DNA from: Armatimonadota bacterium
Lineage (GTDB): Bacteria; Armatimonadota; SYMT01
Assembly (NCBI GenBank): GCA_046292385.1
Contig: JBKBRF010000001.1
Coordinates: 63,305-127,304, forward strand
Length of the DNA stretch: 64,000 bases
Direction: 5' to 3'
Shown piece by piece: positions 1-13,300 of the stretch (position 1 is its first letter; every line of letters begins with the position of its first letter). The notes beneath the pieces were generated by a model. The model saw only the letters and a program-made list of their open reading frames with translations. It was not told the DNA's origin and did not search any database. Both the position numbers and the translations under genes were made by a program.

Positions 1-460
1 CTCCAGCGGCACGCCCCGGCGGTCGATATGCGGGTTCCACTCCCGGAAGTGGAGGTGAGGCGGCAGGCAGCGGTGCTGCAGCGCCAGCACCGTCTTGATC
101 AGCCCCGCCACCCCGGCGGCGGCTTCCAGGTGGCCCAGGTTCGTCTTGACGGAGCCGACCCACAGCGGCGATTCGCGTCCGGCGAAGACCTCCGCCAGGG
201 CGTGCAGCTCGATCGGGTCTCCCAGGGCGGTGCCGGTGCCGTGGGCTTCCAGGTAGGAGACCTGCTCCGGGGAGAGGCCGGCGCTGTGGAGAGCCTGGCG
301 CAGGAGGGCGACCTGGGCGGGACCGTTGGGGGCGGTGAGGCCGCCGCTGCGGCCGTCGTGGTTGACGGCGGAGCCGCGGATCAGGGCGAGGACGCGGTCG
401 CCGTCGCGCTCGGCGTCGGAGAGCCGCTTCAGCACCACCACCCCGCACCCTTCGCCGCGG
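1..460. repeat. KS C-terminal tract near-identical to 35066-35525 (copy A)
   Basis: Visual alignment at offset 35065 with only scattered substitutions. It includes an exact 89-bp match, 321-409 = 35386-35474. Confidence 0.9.
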
Positions 461-3400
461 ATAAAGCCGTCCGCGGAGGCGTCGAACGCTTTACAGCGGC
501 CGTCCGGCGAAAGCATCTGGAGGGCGGAGAGCGCGGCGGTGGAGCCGTGCGCCAGGATCAGGTTGACGCCGCCGGCGAGGGCGAGGTCGCACTCTCCCTG
601 CCGGAGGCTCTGGAGGGCGAGGTGGGTAGCGACGAGGGATGAGGAGCAGGCGGTGTCGACCACCAGGCTCGGGCCCTGCAGCCCCAGCAAGTACGACAGC
701 CGCCCCGCCACGATGCTCGGCGCGCTGCCGGTCCCGGCGTAGGTGCCGAGCTCCCCCGCTTCGGCAGCGATCCCCGCGTAGTCGTAGTTGCAGAGCCCCA
801 CGAAGACTCCGGCCGGTGAGCCGGCGAGGGTGTCCGGCGGGATCGCGGCGTCTTCCAGCGCTTCCCACGCGACCTCCAGCAGCAGGCGCTGCTGGGGATC
901 CATGCTCGCGGCCTCGCGGGGAGCGATGCCGAAGAAGCCGGGGTCGAACCGGTCGATCCCGTCGAGGAAGGCGCCGCGCCGGGTGGGGATGCGCTCGCGA
1001 TAGGGGTCCTCGCTCCAGCGGTCCGCCGGGAAGTCCCGGACCGCGTCTCGCCCTTCCAGCAGCAGCTCCCGGAAGCCGTCGATGCCCGGCTCGGCGCCCG
1101 GAAACCGGCAGCCGAGGCCGACGATGGCGATCGTGTCGGTGTCGATCGGCTGCGCGGCGTGTCCGCGCGGCCCCTCGGCCGCCGGGCTTCCGAGGCTGCC
1201 GGCGAGGAAGTCGGCCAGCGCTTCGGGCGTGGGATAGTCGAAGAGCAGCGTGGAGGGGAGGACGAGCTCTCCCAGGAGCCGCGTCTGCAGGCGGTTGCGC
1301 AGCTCCACGGCCATCAGCGAGTCGAGCCCCTGGTCGAAGAGCACCGCGTCCGGCCGCACCGCGCTCGCCTGGCTGAAGCCGAGCACCGCGGCGGCCTGGC
1401 TCCGCACCCACTGGAGGAGGGACGCACGATCGAGGTCGAGCGGCGCTGGTGGCACGACTGCAGGAGTCGCCGCCTGCGCGGCGGGCAGCGGGCGGTGGAC
1501 GGCGGCGAGCTCCGCCAGGGCGGAAGGGAGCGGCCCCCCGCCGAACTGGTTCAGGAAGGTAGGCCAGTGCACCGGCAGCACGCCGAGGTGCGCCCGGGAC
1601 TGACCCAGCGACCACCGGAGCGCGGCGATCCCCGCGTCCGGGGGGATCGGCTCCATGCCGCGGGTCGCGAACCGCGTCTCTCCGGCGCGCTCGGCCGCCG
1701 CGCCGATCTCGCTCCACGCGCCCCAACCCAGGCTGACCGCGCGGACCCCGTGCGCCCGGGCGTGTTGCGCCAGGGCATCCAGGAACGCGCTGGCGGCGAC
1801 GTGGTTGGCCTGGCCGAACGCGCCGACCAGCGAGACGGCGGAGGAGAAGAGCGCGAGGAAGTCGAGGTCGCTCGTGCCGCGGTAGAGATTCCACGCCCCG
1901 GCGACCTTCGGACGGAAGACCTCTTCGAAGCGAGTCCAGTCCTGCCGGTCCAGCATTCCGTCCGCAAGCACGCCGGCGGCGTGGACGACGCCCCGGATCG
2001 GCGGCAGCGTGGCAGCCGCCTCCTTCAGGACCCGGTCGACTTCGCCGGCTCGCGAGAGGTCGCAGGCGCGGTAGTGGACCTGCGCGCCGCTCCGCGCCAG
2101 GGCGTCCAGGGCGCGGAGGCGATCGTCGGTGAGCTCGCTCCGGCCGAGCAGGAGCAGGTGGCGGGCGCCCGCATCGACCAGCCACTGCGCGGTCCGCAGC
2201 CCGAGCCCGCCGAGGCCGCCGGCGATCAGGTAGGTGGCGTCGGCACGGATCGCCAGCGGCGCCTCCGGTTCGGGGTCCACCCGCGCCAGGCGGGGCACCC
2301 GGCGAGCCCCACCGCGATACGCCACCCGCTCCTCGCCGTCCTCCGCCTCCAGCTCGTCCACGATCTGTCGAGCCGCTTCTCCGGGCGGTACGGCAGGGTC
2401 GAGGTCAAGGCACATGCACCGCAGCTCCGGCCTTTCGAGCCGGATCGCCTGCCCAAGGCCGGTGGTGGTCGCCTGCAGTGGCTCCGCCTCGGTCGCCCCG
2501 CGCGTGACGAGCAGCAGCCGCGGCGTGGTGTCGCCGAGCGCCTGCAGCATCCGCAGGACCGATCCGCAGGTGTGCTCCTGGCTCTCCAGCACCGCATCCG
2601 GCTTCGAGTCGAGGCTCCAGAGGTGCACGACCTGCCCGATCGGCGCCTCCGCCGTAGAGCGCAGCGCCTCCTCGATCGCGGCACCGCTGTCTCCGCGCCG
2701 GACGACCCGGCAGCGCCCGCCCCGGCGGGAGATCTCCTCGGCCAGCGCTTCCCCATAGCCGCGCTCATCGGCGAAGACGGCGCAGACTCCGTCCCGATCG
2801 GCGGCACCCGGGCGCGCTACGACCACCGCCTGCCGGGTCGCCTCCTCCACCGGGGCGAGTGAAGCGGCGGCGCTCCAGCCGCGCTCGCGCAGCAGCCGCA
2901 GCCACCCCTCGGAGGTGAGGAGGGGATAGGACGGACGCCGGTGCGTGTCGGTGAAGCACCACCAGCCGTCGGTGAGCCCGAACACGACGTCGATCCACCC
3001 CTGCGGCCCCGACCCCTCCAGCAGGACGAGGCTCCCGCCCGGCGCGAGGAGCCGCTCCAGATGGGAAAGCGTGACCTCGAGGTCGGGCGTGGCGTGCAGC
3101 ACGTTCGCGGCGAGGATCAGATCGAAGGAGCGCGCGGTGAACCCCTGCGGCCCCGGATCTTCGGTGACGTCGAGGCGCTCGAAGCGCATGAAAGTGCGGC
3201 CGGAAAACCGCTCCCGCGCTTGCGCCAGGAGCTGCGGGGAAAGGTCGGTGAACCAGTACTCCACCCCCTCCGCGGGCAGCGCCGGAAGCACCGCCGCGGT
3301 GGTGCCGCCCGTCCCCGCGCCTACCTCCAGGATCCGCACCGGGCGACCCGTGGGGAGCGCGGCCTGGACCGCCTGGGCCGCGAGCCGGCTCATCGCGTCG

Positions 3401-6400
3401 TACACTCGCGAGTCGTGGTAGAGGCGCTCGGCGCGCCCGCCCTCGAACAGCAGCGCCAGCGGATCGCGCTCGCCGGTCAGCACCTCGGCCAGCTGGGAGC
3501 CGCAGTGAGCCAGCAGATCGAGCGCCGCGTCACCGTCCCGTCCTTTCGTCCGGAGCTGCTCGGCCAGGACTTCTGCCCTCTCTTCCGGGGCGGTGAGCGC
3601 CAGGCTCCACAGATGAGCGTAGAGCCGAAGGTGCCGCGGCGCGACACTCTCCTCCCGGACCGCTTGCAGCGCCTCGCGGGCGTACGCTGCCGCCAACCGG
3701 TCCAGCTCCCGTCCTCGCTCACGCTCGGCGCCATCCAGCACGTCGGAGGACAGCGATAACCCCGCGGCGATCTGCTCCGGGGAGGGGGCGCGCTCCAGGG
3801 GTCGCGACCGCCACGCGGTCTCGTAGAGCCAGCTCCCCCACGACGGGACCGCCAGCGCAGCCTTCTCCAGTCGCAGTCCCCGGATTTCCGCCGCGAGGCG
3901 CTCTCCCGCGAAGACGCGGATGTCGGCGGTGGTCCGGTTCGCTTCCCGCACGACGACGGCGTGGACCGAGACCGGACCGTCCGACCGGGGGTCGATCACG
4001 TGGAAGGAGGCGATACCGGCCGGAAGCTGCCGGGCGCCGGGGTCTCCACCCCACGCGGCGGCCCCGGCCGCCTGAAGGCAGGCATCCAGGGTCGGCGGGT
4101 CGAGGAGATCGGTGCCCGCGGCGCCGGGGGCGAGGCGTACGACCGCCTCATTCTCACCGACCCAGATCCGCTCGGCTCGCCGGAACGCGGGCCCGTACTC
4201 CAGGCCAGCCTTTCCAAGCCAGTCGTAAAAGTCGCCGGCCGTCCGTTCCTCCGTACAGCGCGCCCGCGCCTCCGCCAGGGAAGCCGGTTCCGGAGACGCG
4301 GGGGCGAGGCAGAGCCGCCCGGCCGCATGCTCCGTCCACCGGTCGCCGTCCCGGCTGCAGAGCGAGAAGCGGGTGCCCGTCCCACGCGTGACCGTGAGCC
4401 GCACGGCGCGGGCCGCATCGAGGACGAGCGGCTGCCGAAGCTCGACTTCTTCTACGACGACTGCGCCGCCCAGAACCTGCTCTCCGCCGGCCCGCGCCGC
4501 GAGGAGCATGCCGGCGGCTGGGAAGAGCACCGTGCCGTTGACGCAGTGGTCCGCAAGGTATCCCGGCGCTTCCGGCGAGAGGGTCGTCTCCCACACCGCC
4601 TCGGCCTCTTCCGAGGAGACCTTGATGCCGAGAAGGGGGTGCGGTCCGGAAGCCGCCGCTGGTGGTGCGGGGCGCGCCGTTTCCCACCAGTGTCGCTCCC
4701 GGGCGAACGGGTAGGTGGGCAGGCTGACGGTGCGGAGCCCTAGCCCGCGGTCGAAGCCGCGCCAGTCCAACGGTACCCCGGCCGTGTAGAGCCGCGCGGC
4801 CGTGTCGAGAAGCATCGCCCAATCGTCCGTGCCGCGCCGCAGTGACGGAAGCCACTCGGCGCCGTCGAGGCACCGCGCCCCGAGCCCGCCCAGGACCGGA
4901 TGGGGGCCGATCTCCAGGAACAGCCGGTAGCCCTGCGCGGCCAGGGTCCGGAGACCGTCCGCGAAGCGGACCCGAGCGCGGGCGTGGCGGCTCCAGTAGG
5001 CTGCGTCGAAAGTCCGCTGCGGCCGGCCCGTCAGGTTGGAGATCACGTCGATACGCGCTTCCGCACACGGGATCGTCCCCGCGAGAGCTTCGAGCTCCGG
5101 CAGCATCGGGTCGAGCCGGTGGGAGTGGAATGCATGGGAGACCGGCAGGAGCTGACCGGCGATGCCCCGCGCGCGCAGCGCCGCCACCGCGGCCTCGATC
5201 GCACCGGCATCCCCCGAGAGGACGGTCTGCGCGGGCCCGTTCTCCGCCGCCACCTCGACCCCGCGGGGCAACCCGCCCAGTGCCGCCCGCACGCCGTCCG
5301 AGGTCGCCGCTGCGGCGGCCATCGCCCCTCCGGGCGGCAGCGCCTGCATCAACCGCCCCCGCCCGGCCATGAGCCGCAGGCCATCCTCCAGGGAGAACGC
5401 GCCGGCCACGCACGCGGCGGCGTACTCGCCGACGCTGTGCCCCAGCACCGCGCCCGGCTCCACTCCCCACGACTTCCAGAGATCCGCCAGCGCCATCTCA
5501 AGCGCGAAGAGCGCGGGCTGCGTGTTCCCGGTCCGGTCGAGCGGCGCCTCCGGATCGAAGAGCAGCGAGAGCAGCGGCTGTTCCGTCTGGCCCCGCAGCA
5601 GGGCGTCGCAGCGGTCCAGGTAGTCCCGGAAGCGGGGCTGTGTCTCGTAGAGCCGCCGGCCCATCGCCCGGTACTGGGAGCCCTGGCCGGTGAAGAGGAA
5701 GGCGATCCGCGGTGGGCGCGGCGCGCTGCGGCCCTTCCGCACGCCCGGAGACGCACCGCCGGACCGGAATGCCTTGAGGGCACCCGCGGCCTGCTCCGCC
5801 GTCTCGGCCACGACGGCGAGCCGCTCCGGAAAGTGTGAGCGGCCCAGGGCAACAGTATGACTGACGTGCTCGAGAGGCAGGTCCGTTTCGGTGAGAAACG
5901 ACTCGTACTGGTCCGCGGCCTGCTCCAGCGCCTCCGGGCTCTTCGCGGAGAGGCAGAGGAGGTGCGCGGGACGCTGCCAGGTCGCCTGTTCCGGGGACGG
6001 CTCCGGGGCCTGCTCCAGGACCACGTGGGCGTTGGTGCCGCCAAAGCCGAACGCGCTCACCCCCGCGACCCGGGAGCCTTCCCGCGGCTCCCACGCCAGC
6101 CCCTCTGTCGGGATCCGAAGCGGGAAGCCGCCGAGCTGGACGTGCGGATTGAGGGAGTGGAAGTGGAGGTGCGGCGGAATTTCGCGCTGCTGGAGGGAGA
6201 GGACAACCTTGATGAGACCCGCGATGCCCGCGGCGGCTTCCAGGTGCCCGAGGTTCGTCTTGGCCGAGCCGACGGTCAGCGGGTCCCCACCCGTGCGCGG
6301 GGAGAAGACCTCGGCCAGCGCGTGCGCCTCGATCGGGTCGCCCAACGCCGTACCGGTGCCATGCGACTCCAGGTAGCTCACGCGGGACGGCTCCAGCCGG

Positions 6401-7365
6401 GCGTTCTCCAGCGCCGCCCGGATTACCGCCGCCTGGGCCGGGCCGTTCGGAGCGGTCAGGCCGCTGCTGCGACCATCGTGGTTGACCGCGCTCCCGCGGA
6501 TGACCGCCAGGACCGGGCTGCCGTCCGCCAGCGCGTCGGAGAGCCGCTTCAGGGCGACCATTCCGCAGCCCTCCCCGCGCACGAAGCCATCCGCGCCGGC
6601 GTCGAAGGCGCGGCAGCGCCCGGAGGGGGAGAGCGCCTGCAACTGGGAAAGGGTGACCGTGCCGGAGGGCAGCAGGATCAGGTTCACACCGCCGGCGAGC
6701 GCCAGGCGGCACTCTCCCAGCCGGAGACTCTGGACCGCCAGGTGGACGGCGACCAGGGAGGAAGAGCAGGCGGTATCGACCACCAGGCTCGGGCCCTGTA
6801 CCCCCAGCACGTACGAGAGACGGCCCGCCGCGAGCCCGGGGGCAACCCCCGTGGCGGAGTAGGGGTTCCCGGACCGCTCACCGAGGAAGGCGCCCAGCTC
6901 GCTGTAGTCGTGAGAGCAGCAGCCGAGGAACACGCCGGCCGGGGTTCCGGCCAGCCCGGCAGCCGGCTCGCCCGCGCGCTCCAGCGCCTCCCACGCGGTC
7001 TCCAGGACCAGCCGCTGCTGCGGGTCCATGCTGACCGCTTCCCGCGGGGCGATCCCGAAGAACGCGGCGTCGAACCGGTCTACTTCGTCCAGGAAGGCTC
7101 CCCGCAGCAGCTCCGGCGTTACCTCGGCGTCGGTCCAGCCTCCCTCGCGCCGGCGATGGGGCGGGATCTCGCCCACCGCGTCGACTCCGCCCCGCAGCAG
7201 CTCCCAGTAGCGGTCCGGATCGGTCGCCCCGCCGGGGAAGCGGCAGCCGATTCCGATGACGGCAATCGGCTCGTGGCGCACGCGGGCCGCCGCGTCCAGC
7301 TTTTGCTGCATCTGCTGGAGCAGGAGAACGGCGTCACGCTTCGCCGCCAGCGGGTCGTGTGCCAT
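1..7365 (-). CDS. Type I PKS, 3'-partial: docking-KS-AT(malonyl)-DH-cMT-KR-ACP-KS... (module 9 and the KS of module 10)
   Basis: Absent from the ORF track because no stop occurs before the edge. ATG at 7365 ([24 protein letters not shown]) is preceded by AGGGAG. In-frame motifs, with approximate positions: VDTACSS 6780, GHSVG 5440, SHAFHS 5139, [12 protein letters not shown] 4550, [11 protein letters not shown] 3325, KR GGLGGLG 2215, ACP GLDSLM 1329, second KS VDTACSS 660. Confidence 0.93.
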   Translation of the reverse strand, partial: MAHDPLAAKRDAVLLLQQMQQKLDAAARVRHEPIAVIGIGCRFPGGATDPDRYWELLRGGVDAVGEIPPHRRREGGWTDAEVTPELLRGAFLDEVDRFDAAFFGIAPREAVSMDPQQRLVLETAWEALERAGEPAAGLAGTPAGVFLGCCSHDYSELGAFLGERSGNPYSATGVAPGLAAGRLSYVLGVQGPSLVVDTACSSSLVAVHLAVQSLRLGECRLALAGGVNLILLPSGTVTLSQLQALSPSGRCRAFDAGADGFVRGEGCGMVALKRLSDALADGSPVLAVIRGSAVNHDGRSSGLTAPNGPAQAAVIRAALENARLEPSRVSYLESHGTGTALGDPIEAHALAEVFSPRTGGDPLTVGSAKTNLGHLEAAAGIAGLIKVVLSLQQREIPPHLHFHSLNPHVQLGGFPLRIPTEGLAWEPREGSRVAGVSAFGFGGTNAHVVLEQAPEPSPEQATWQRPAHLLCLSAKSPEALEQAADQYESFLTETDLPLEHVSHTVALGRSHFPERLAVVAETAEQAAGALKAFRSGGASPGVRKGRSAPRPPRIAFLFTGQGSQYRAMGRRLYETQPRFRDYLDRCDALLRGQTEQPLLSLLFDPEAPLDRTGNTQPALFALEMALADLWKSWGVEPGAVLGHSVGEYAAACVAGAFSLEDGLRLMAGRGRLMQALPPGGAMAAAAATSDGVRAALGGLPRGVEVAAENGPAQTVLSGDAGAIEAAVAALRARGIAGQLLPVSHAFHSHRLDPMLPELEALAGTIPCAEARIDVISNLTGRPQRTFDAAYWSRHARARVRFADGLRTLAAQGYRLFLEIGPHPVLGGLGARCLDGAEWLPSLRRGTDDWAMLLDTAARLYTAGVPLDWRGFDRGLGLRTVSLPTYPFARERHWWETARPAPPAAASGPHPLLGIKVSSEEAEAVWETTLSPEAPGYLADHCVNGTVLFPAAGMLLAARAGGEQVLGGAVVVEEVELRQPLVLDAARAVRLTVTRGTGTRFSLCSRDGDRWTEHAAGRLCLAPASPEPASLAEARARCTEERTAGDFYDWLGKAGLEYGPAFRRAERIWVGENEAVVRLAPGAAGTDLLDPPTLDACLQAAGAAAWGGDPGARQLPAGIASFHVIDPRSDGPVSVHAVVVREANRTTADIRVFAGERLAAEIRGLRLEKAALAVPSWGSWLYETAWRSRPLERAPSPEQIAAGLSLSSDVLDGAERERGRELDRLAAAYAREALQAVREESVAPRHLRLYAHLWSLALTAPEERAEVLAEQLRTKGRDGDAALDLLAHCGSQLAEVLTGERDPLALLFEGGRAERLYHDSRVYDAMSRLAAQAVQAALPTGRPVRILEVGAGTGGTTAAVLPALPAEGVEYWFTDLSPQLLAQARERFSGRTFMRFERLDVTEDPGPQGFTARSFDLILAANVLHATPDLEVTLSHLERLLAPGGSLVLLEGSGPQGWIDVVFGLTDGWWCFTDTHRRPSYPLLTSEGWLRLLRERGWSAAASLAPVEEATRQAVVVARPGAADRDGVCAVFADERGYGEALAEEISRRGGRCRVVRRGDSGAAIEEALRSTAEAPIGQVVHLWSLDSKPDAVLESQEHTCGSVLRMLQALGDTTPRLLLVTRGATEAEPLQATTTGLGQAIRLERPELRCMCLDLDPAVPPGEAARQIVDELEAEDGEERVAYRGGARRVPRLARVDPEPEAPLAIRADATYLIAGGLGGLGLRTAQWLVDAGARHLLLLGRSELTDDRLRALDALARSGAQVHYRACDLSRAGEVDRVLKEAAATLPPIRGVVHAAGVLADGMLDRQDWTRFEEVFRPKVAGAWNLYRGTSDLDFLALFSSAVSLVGAFGQANHVAASAFLDALAQHARAHGVRAVSLGWGAWSEIGAAAERAGETRFATRGMEPIPPDAGIAALRWSLGQSRAHLGVLPVHWPTFLNQFGGGPLPSALAELAAVHRPLPAAQAATPAVVPPAPLDLDRASLLQWVRSQAAAVLGFSQASAVRPDAVLFDQGLDSLMAVELRNRLQTRLLGELVLPSTLLFDYPTPEALADFLAGSLGSPAAEGPRGHAAQPIDTDTIAIVGLGCRFPGAEPGIDGFRELLLEGRDAVRDFPADRWSEDPYRERIPTRRGAFLDGIDRFDPGFFGIAPREAASMDPQQRLLLEVAWEALEDAAIPPDTLAGSPAGVFVGLCNYDYAGIAAEAGELGTYAGTGSAPSIVAGRLSYLLGLQGPSLVVDTACSSSLVATHLALQSLRQGECDLALAGGVNLILAHGSTAALSALQMLSPDGRCKAFDASADGFIRGEGCGVVVLKRLSDAERDGDRVLALIRGSAVNHDGRSGGLTAPNGPAQVALLRQALHSAGLSPEQVSYLEAHGTGTALGDPIELHALAEVFAGRESPLWVGSVKTNLGHLEAAAGVAGLIKTVLALQHRCLPPHLHFREWNPHIDRRGVPLE

Positions 7366-7369
7366 CTCC

Positions 7370-10300
7370 CTACTGCTCCTGAATCCGCCGGGCGAACTGC
7401 TCGAGGAGGGAGTCGAGCTCATCCTCGGAGAGGTTATGGACCGGCGCCGCCTCCGCGGCCGGCTCGTGCGGCTGCGGACCCGCGTCCTGCGGCACCGCGA
7501 TCCCGAGCCAGTCCGCCGCCAGGTGGCGCGCCAGCGCCTCGACCGTCGGGTAGCTGAACAGGATTGTCGCCGGAAGGGGTGCGCCGACCATCTCGCCCAG
7601 GCGGTCCCGCATGTCGAGCGCCAGCAGCGAGTCGAGCCCCAGCTCATTCAGCGGCCGCGCGGGGTCCAGGGTCTCGCCGGACGGGAGGCGCAGCATCTGC
7701 GCCGCCACCTCGGCCACTGCTTCGAACAGGAGCTCGAGGCGGCGGTCCGCCGGCGTGGCTTCGAGCCGGACACGGAAACCGGCCGGAGGCGCCGGCGCGG
7801 AGCTTCGAGTAGGGAGCTCGTCCGGCTGACTCTCCGCGGTTTCCGGTCCGGAGAGCAGCTCGGAGAGCAGAGACGGAAGGCCTCCGCCTGCGTGGGCCTG
7901 CGCCAGGCGGGGGAGGTCGAGGGGCAGTACGGCCGCGCGGGTGCGGTCCCGCCGCAGCAGCAGCTCCAGCGCCCGGACTCCGCGCTCGGGCGAGATCGTC
8001 CCCATCCCCTGCTCCCGAAGGGCCGACTCCAGGGCCGCGGCGGCGCCGACCTGGCTCCACGCTCCCCAGTCGATACACACGGCGCGGAGGCCCTGCGACC
8101 GGCGATATTCCGCCAGGGAGTCCAGGAAGGCGCTCGCGGCGGCGTGGTTCGCTTGGCCGCGCGATCCGAGGAGCCCGGCCGCGGAGGAGAAGAGCACGAA
8201 CAGGTCCACGTCTCCCATCAGCTCGTGCAGGTGCCACGCGCCCGCCGCCTTGGGTCCCCATACCGCGTCGAACCGCTCCACCGATTGCTGGGGGAGCAGG
8301 GCATCCGCCAGTACCCCGGCGGCGTGGAACACTCCGCGCAGCGGCGGCATCTCGGAGCGGATCTTCCGGAGCAGCGCCTCGACCTGCGCGCGGTCGGAGA
8401 CGTCCGCCTGGAGGCACTCCACCCGCGCCCCGGCCGCGGTCAGCTCCGCCATCACGGAACGGGCGGCTTCTCCCGGAAGGCTTCGCCCCGCCAGCGCCAG
8501 GTGGCGCGCCCCGAGACGGACCAGGTGCCGGGCGACCTCCAGCCCCAGGCCTCCCATCCCGCCGGTGATCAGGTAGGTCGACTCCGGGCAGACTCCGGTC
8601 CGCTGGCTGACCACCACCTTGCCGACATGGTCCGGCTCCTGCATCCGCCGGAACGGCGCCGGGACCTCCGGAAGCGGGTAGCAGCGCACCGGCGGCGGAC
8701 TCAGCTCACCGCTCTCCAGCGCGGCCGCGACCTCCCGGAGCAGGCTGCCGAACAGCTCCGGGCTCGCCTCATCCAGGCGGACCTCGAAGCGCTCCACGTC
8801 CGGCCGGACCGCCCGCACCTGCTCCGCCGTCCACGCTCCGACCCGCCCCAGCTCGATGAAGCGTCCGCCCCGCTTCAGCGCGTCCAGCGCCTCCGGGACG
8901 AGCTCGCCGGGAAGGGAGCTCAGGACCACGTCCACTCCCTCGCCTCCCGTCGCGTCGAGGATGCGGCGAGCGAACCCCGGGGTGCGGGAGTGGAACACGT
9001 GCGGGACTTCCAGCGAGCGGAGATAGGCCCGCTTCTCCGGACTGCCCGCCAGTGCGAATACCTCGGCGCCCCGGCTGCGCGCGATCTGGATCGCCGCCAG
9101 CCCCACGCCCCCGGACGCCGCGGAGATCAACACGCGCTCTCCCGGGGCGAGCCGAGCGAGGTGAGCCAGGGAGTACCAGGCGGTGACGGAGGCGATCGGA
9201 ATCGACGCCGCCTGCTCGGCACTGAGGAACGCCGGCTTCGGGACCGCCAGCGCGGCGGGGAGCGTGACGCAGCTGGCGAAGCTGCCTCCGGCGGCCGCCA
9301 TCACGGGGTCGCCGGGCCGGAGCTGCGTGACCCCGGGGCCGACCCGTTCCACGGTGCCGGCGCACTCTCCGCCCAACGGGGCTTCGCCGGGCACGAGGTC
9401 GAGGGCGTTCAGCACGTCTTTGAAGTTCAGGCCCGTCGCCGCCACGCGAATCTCGATCTCTCCTGGACCCGGCGCGCGGCGCTCTTCGGGTTGAAAGGTC
9501 AGCCCGCGCAGGGAGCCGCCGGGCGACTTCCGGAGCCGGAACGGCTCGGCGGGAACCTCTACGGCATCCGCTCGCGGCAGCGCCTGCAGGCGTGCCGCAT
9601 GACGGCACCCGTCGCGCCAGGCCGTGCGTGCTTCGGACCCGGTGTCCCGCAGCTCCGCCTGGAGCGCACGGGCATTCTGCTCGGGGGTCGCGCACGGGTC
9701 CAGGTCCACGATCCGGCAGCGCAGCTCCGGGAGCTCGAGCTGCAGGACCGGTGCGATTCCCCAGAGGGCCGACTGCGAGAGTGCGGGCACGTCGGTGGCG
9801 CGGACGCGCTGCGCGCCGCAGGTGACGATCAGCAGACGCGGAGCATTCTGCCGGCTCGCCGCGTGCCGGATGGCGTGCAGCAGGCTCTCGACCGCCCGCG
9901 CGCCGCCGCCTAACTGCTCCCCGGCGCCATCTGCTCCCCGACGCTCATCCAGCGCCGCGAGGTGCAGCACGCCGTCCCACTCCCCGTCCGGCAGCGGGTC
10001 GTCGGGGTCCACCTCCGACAGCGCCTCGACCGAATCCGGCAGCCGGGCCAGCAGCGCGTCCGTCCTACTCTCCGGGCGTGCGCTCACAACCCAGCGTCCG
10101 CTCCCAGCCGCTTCGGGGGCCCGGGCCAGGAACAGCATCTGCTGCGCCTCGCCGCGGTCCGGCGCGACGCCGGTCACGCTCCGGAAGCCGGCCTCCTCCA
10201 GCAGTGAGACCCAGCGCTCGCACGGCACGAGGGGGTGGGACCGGAGATCGGTATCCTCGAAGCTCCACCAGCCCTTCGTGAGCCCGAAGACCAGGTCAAT

Positions 10301-13300
10301 CCAGCGGACCTTGCCGGCTCCTTCGATCACCGCCAGCATCCCCCCGGGGGCGAGCAGCGTGCGGAGGCGCGCCAGCGTGCGGCGCAGGTCCCCCGTGGCG
10401 TGGAGGACGTTGGTCGCCAGGATCAGGTGGTACCCGCCGGTGGAGTAGCCCTGCGCCTGCGGGTCGAGGTTCAGGTCGAGCACCCCGGTGCGGAGCTCCG
10501 GGTAGGCGGAGAACGCCTCTTCCGCCGCGTGGAGGAAGTGCGGCGAGAGGTCGGTAAAGCAGTATTCCTCCAGCCGCCCGCTCAGCAGCGGCAGCGCGAC
10601 GGCGGCGGTCGCTCCGGTCCCGGCGCCCACCTCCAGCACCCGCAGGCGGGGCGCATTCGGGAGATCGCCGACCATCGCTTCCAGCGCACCGCCGAGTAAG
10701 GCGTGGAGGGCGCGAGCGAACGGGGTCTCGCGGTAGATCACCTCCGCGCCCGGCTCGCCGGAGAAGAGGAGACTCACCGGGTCGACCTCTCCGATCAGGA
10801 CGCGCGAGAGAGACTCCCCGCAGCGGGCGAACAGGGCGATCTCCGCGGCGCGGACGGGGTACGCCGCCATCAGCTCCCGGACCCGGGAGGGAAGGTCCCC
10901 GGGTGCCGGGGTGCGCACGACCCGCCAGTCCGGCGCGCTCCCCGCGACGACTCCGGTCTCGGAGAGCATCTCGCACAGGCGCTCCAGCAGCCGGTCGTAA
11001 GGCCGCGCCGCCACCGGCAGCCGCAGCGGCTCGCCGGGCTCGAACCGGACCCCCAGCTCGTACAGGGCAGCCGCGGCATAGTGCGGCGCCAGCTCGTCCA
11101 GCGCCGCGGTGAGCTCGCGGTAGTCCTGCAGCTCGGGATCGCCGGAGAGGCGGTCGAGCTCGCCCGCGAGTGCCGCTCCCACGTGGGCGGGATCCTCGAA
11201 GACCGGAGCGCCGGCATTAGGAGCCGGGCGCCACACCAGCTCGTAGAGATCCCGCTCGATCGACGCGTCCCGGTGGAGGGACTCGGGTCGAGCCCGCTTG
11301 CACTGGAGGTTCGTGACCGTAACGACCGCGCGGCCGGCGGCGTCCAGCAGCACCAGGTCTCCCGCCGCGGTCTCACCATCCGGCAGGGCTCGCGCCGCGG
11401 CATGCGCCCGGCACGGAGGTCCCGCTTCCGGGTTGAAGTTGAGCCTCTCCAGGGCGAACGGCATGAAGCTCTCGGCCGGCTCGCCCGCACCGAGCGCGGC
11501 ACCGAGGGTCTGGAAACAGGCGTCGAGCAGCACGGGATGGAGCCGGTACGCCCCGGCGCCGGCACGGGCCTCCTCCGGCAGCTCCAGCTCCGCCAGCGCC
11601 TCGCCCGGGCCGCAGCGCAGGCTCCGGATCGCCCGAAAGACGGGGCCGTACCCGATGCCGGCGCCGTCCAGGTGCGCGTAATACTCTTCCGCGGGGACGG
11701 AAACCGCGCAGCGCTCCTCCGCGGACGGCAGATCTACCGTCGCCGTCGCCGTCGCCGCGCTCTCGAGACGGCCGGAGGCGTGCTCGACCCACGCCTCTCC
11801 CTGCTCGCTGAAGATGCGGAAGGCCCCGTCCGGCTCCACGACCGTCTGCACCGCACGCTCGTCACCGTCCGGCAGGAGCAGTGCTTCGCGGAAGGTCACG
11901 TCCCGGACGGCGGCACTCCCGATCGCCAGCGCCATCTCCAGGTAGCCGGCCGCCGGGAACACGACGGCTCCATGCACGCGGTGCTGTGAGAGGTACGACG
12001 GAGCGTCCCCTCCCACCACCGCCTCGAACACCCGGGGCCCGGCGGCGGTGCGGACGCGCGTGCCGAGCAGCGGGTGGCCGCTCGCGGGAGCCGGGGCGGC
12101 TTTCCGGGGCGGGTCGATCCAGTATCGCTCTCGCTCGAACGGGTAGGTCGGCAGAGTGACCTTGCGACGCGCGTGCTCCCGGTCGTACGCCCCCCAATCC
12201 AGCGTCTCGCCCTGCACCCACCGGCGGCCCCAGCCGTGCAGCAGCGCTTCCCAGGTGGTCTGGCCCCGCCGGACTGCCTCGCTCCACTCCTCCGGGGGCA
12301 GATCGATCGCGGTGGCGGCCGTCTGCGGCTCCGCCGCCGCTTCCCCACGGCCCACCGCCAGCAGGCGCTCGCGGGCCTGCCCCGCATCCGCCGCCACCAC
12401 GAACGCCCGGCAGGCGAGCGGAGCGCGGCCGGTGTGGACCGTGTAGGCCGCGTCCGCGAGCGATACGGCCTCCTGGAAGTGGTCCGCGCAGCGCCGCGCC
12501 AGCTGGCGGAGCGCCGTTTCGCTGCGGGCGGAGAAGCAGAAGAGATGGAGCGGTCGCTCCGGGGCGCCGGACTGCGACTCCGGGGAAGCGGCAGGCGCCT
12601 GCTCCAGCACGACGTGTGCGTTGGTGCCGCCGATGCCGAAGGAGCTGACGCCGGCGCGGCGGAGCCCGGTCCACGGCCGGGCACTCGTGTTGACGCGGAA
12701 CGGTCCCGCCTCGAAGTCGATCTCCGGGTTCGGCGTCTCGAAGTGGAGGCTGGGCGGCAGCACTCCCTGCTCCATCGCCAGGACCGTCTTGATGAGACCC
12801 GCGACGCCCGCCGCCGCTTCCAGGTGGCCGACGCTGCTCTTGACGCTTCCCAGCGCCACCGGGCTCCGCACGCCGCGGAAGACCTCGTTCAGCGCGGCGA
12901 CCTCGATCGGGTCTCCCAGCGGCGTGCCGGTTCCGTGCGCTTCCACGTAGGAGATGCTCTCCGGAGAGATGTCCGCTACCGCGATCGCCTCCGCAATGAC
13001 GGCGGCCTGGCCGTCGAGGCTGGGAGCGGTGAAGCCGACCTTCCGCGCGCCGTCGTTGTTGATTGCCGAGCCGAGGATCACGGCGCGCACCCGATCCCGG
13101 TCTCGAGCGGCATCTTCGAGGCGCCGCAGCACCACGACTCCGGCGCCGCTGCCGAAAACGGTTCCGGAGGCGCGGGCGTCGAAGCTGCGGCACCTGCCGT
13201 CCCGCGAGAGGATGCTGCCGTCCTGCCAGAGGTAGCCGACCCGCGAAGGCACCCGGAGCGTGACGCCTCCCGCGAGGGCCACGTCGCACTCGCCGTTCAG

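Noticed and set aside
1..7365. Apparent lack of a long ORF, suggesting a frameshifted PKS pseudogene
   Set aside because: The motifs I checked from 7365 down to 660 share one frame. The ORF is missing from the track only because its stop lies outside the window.
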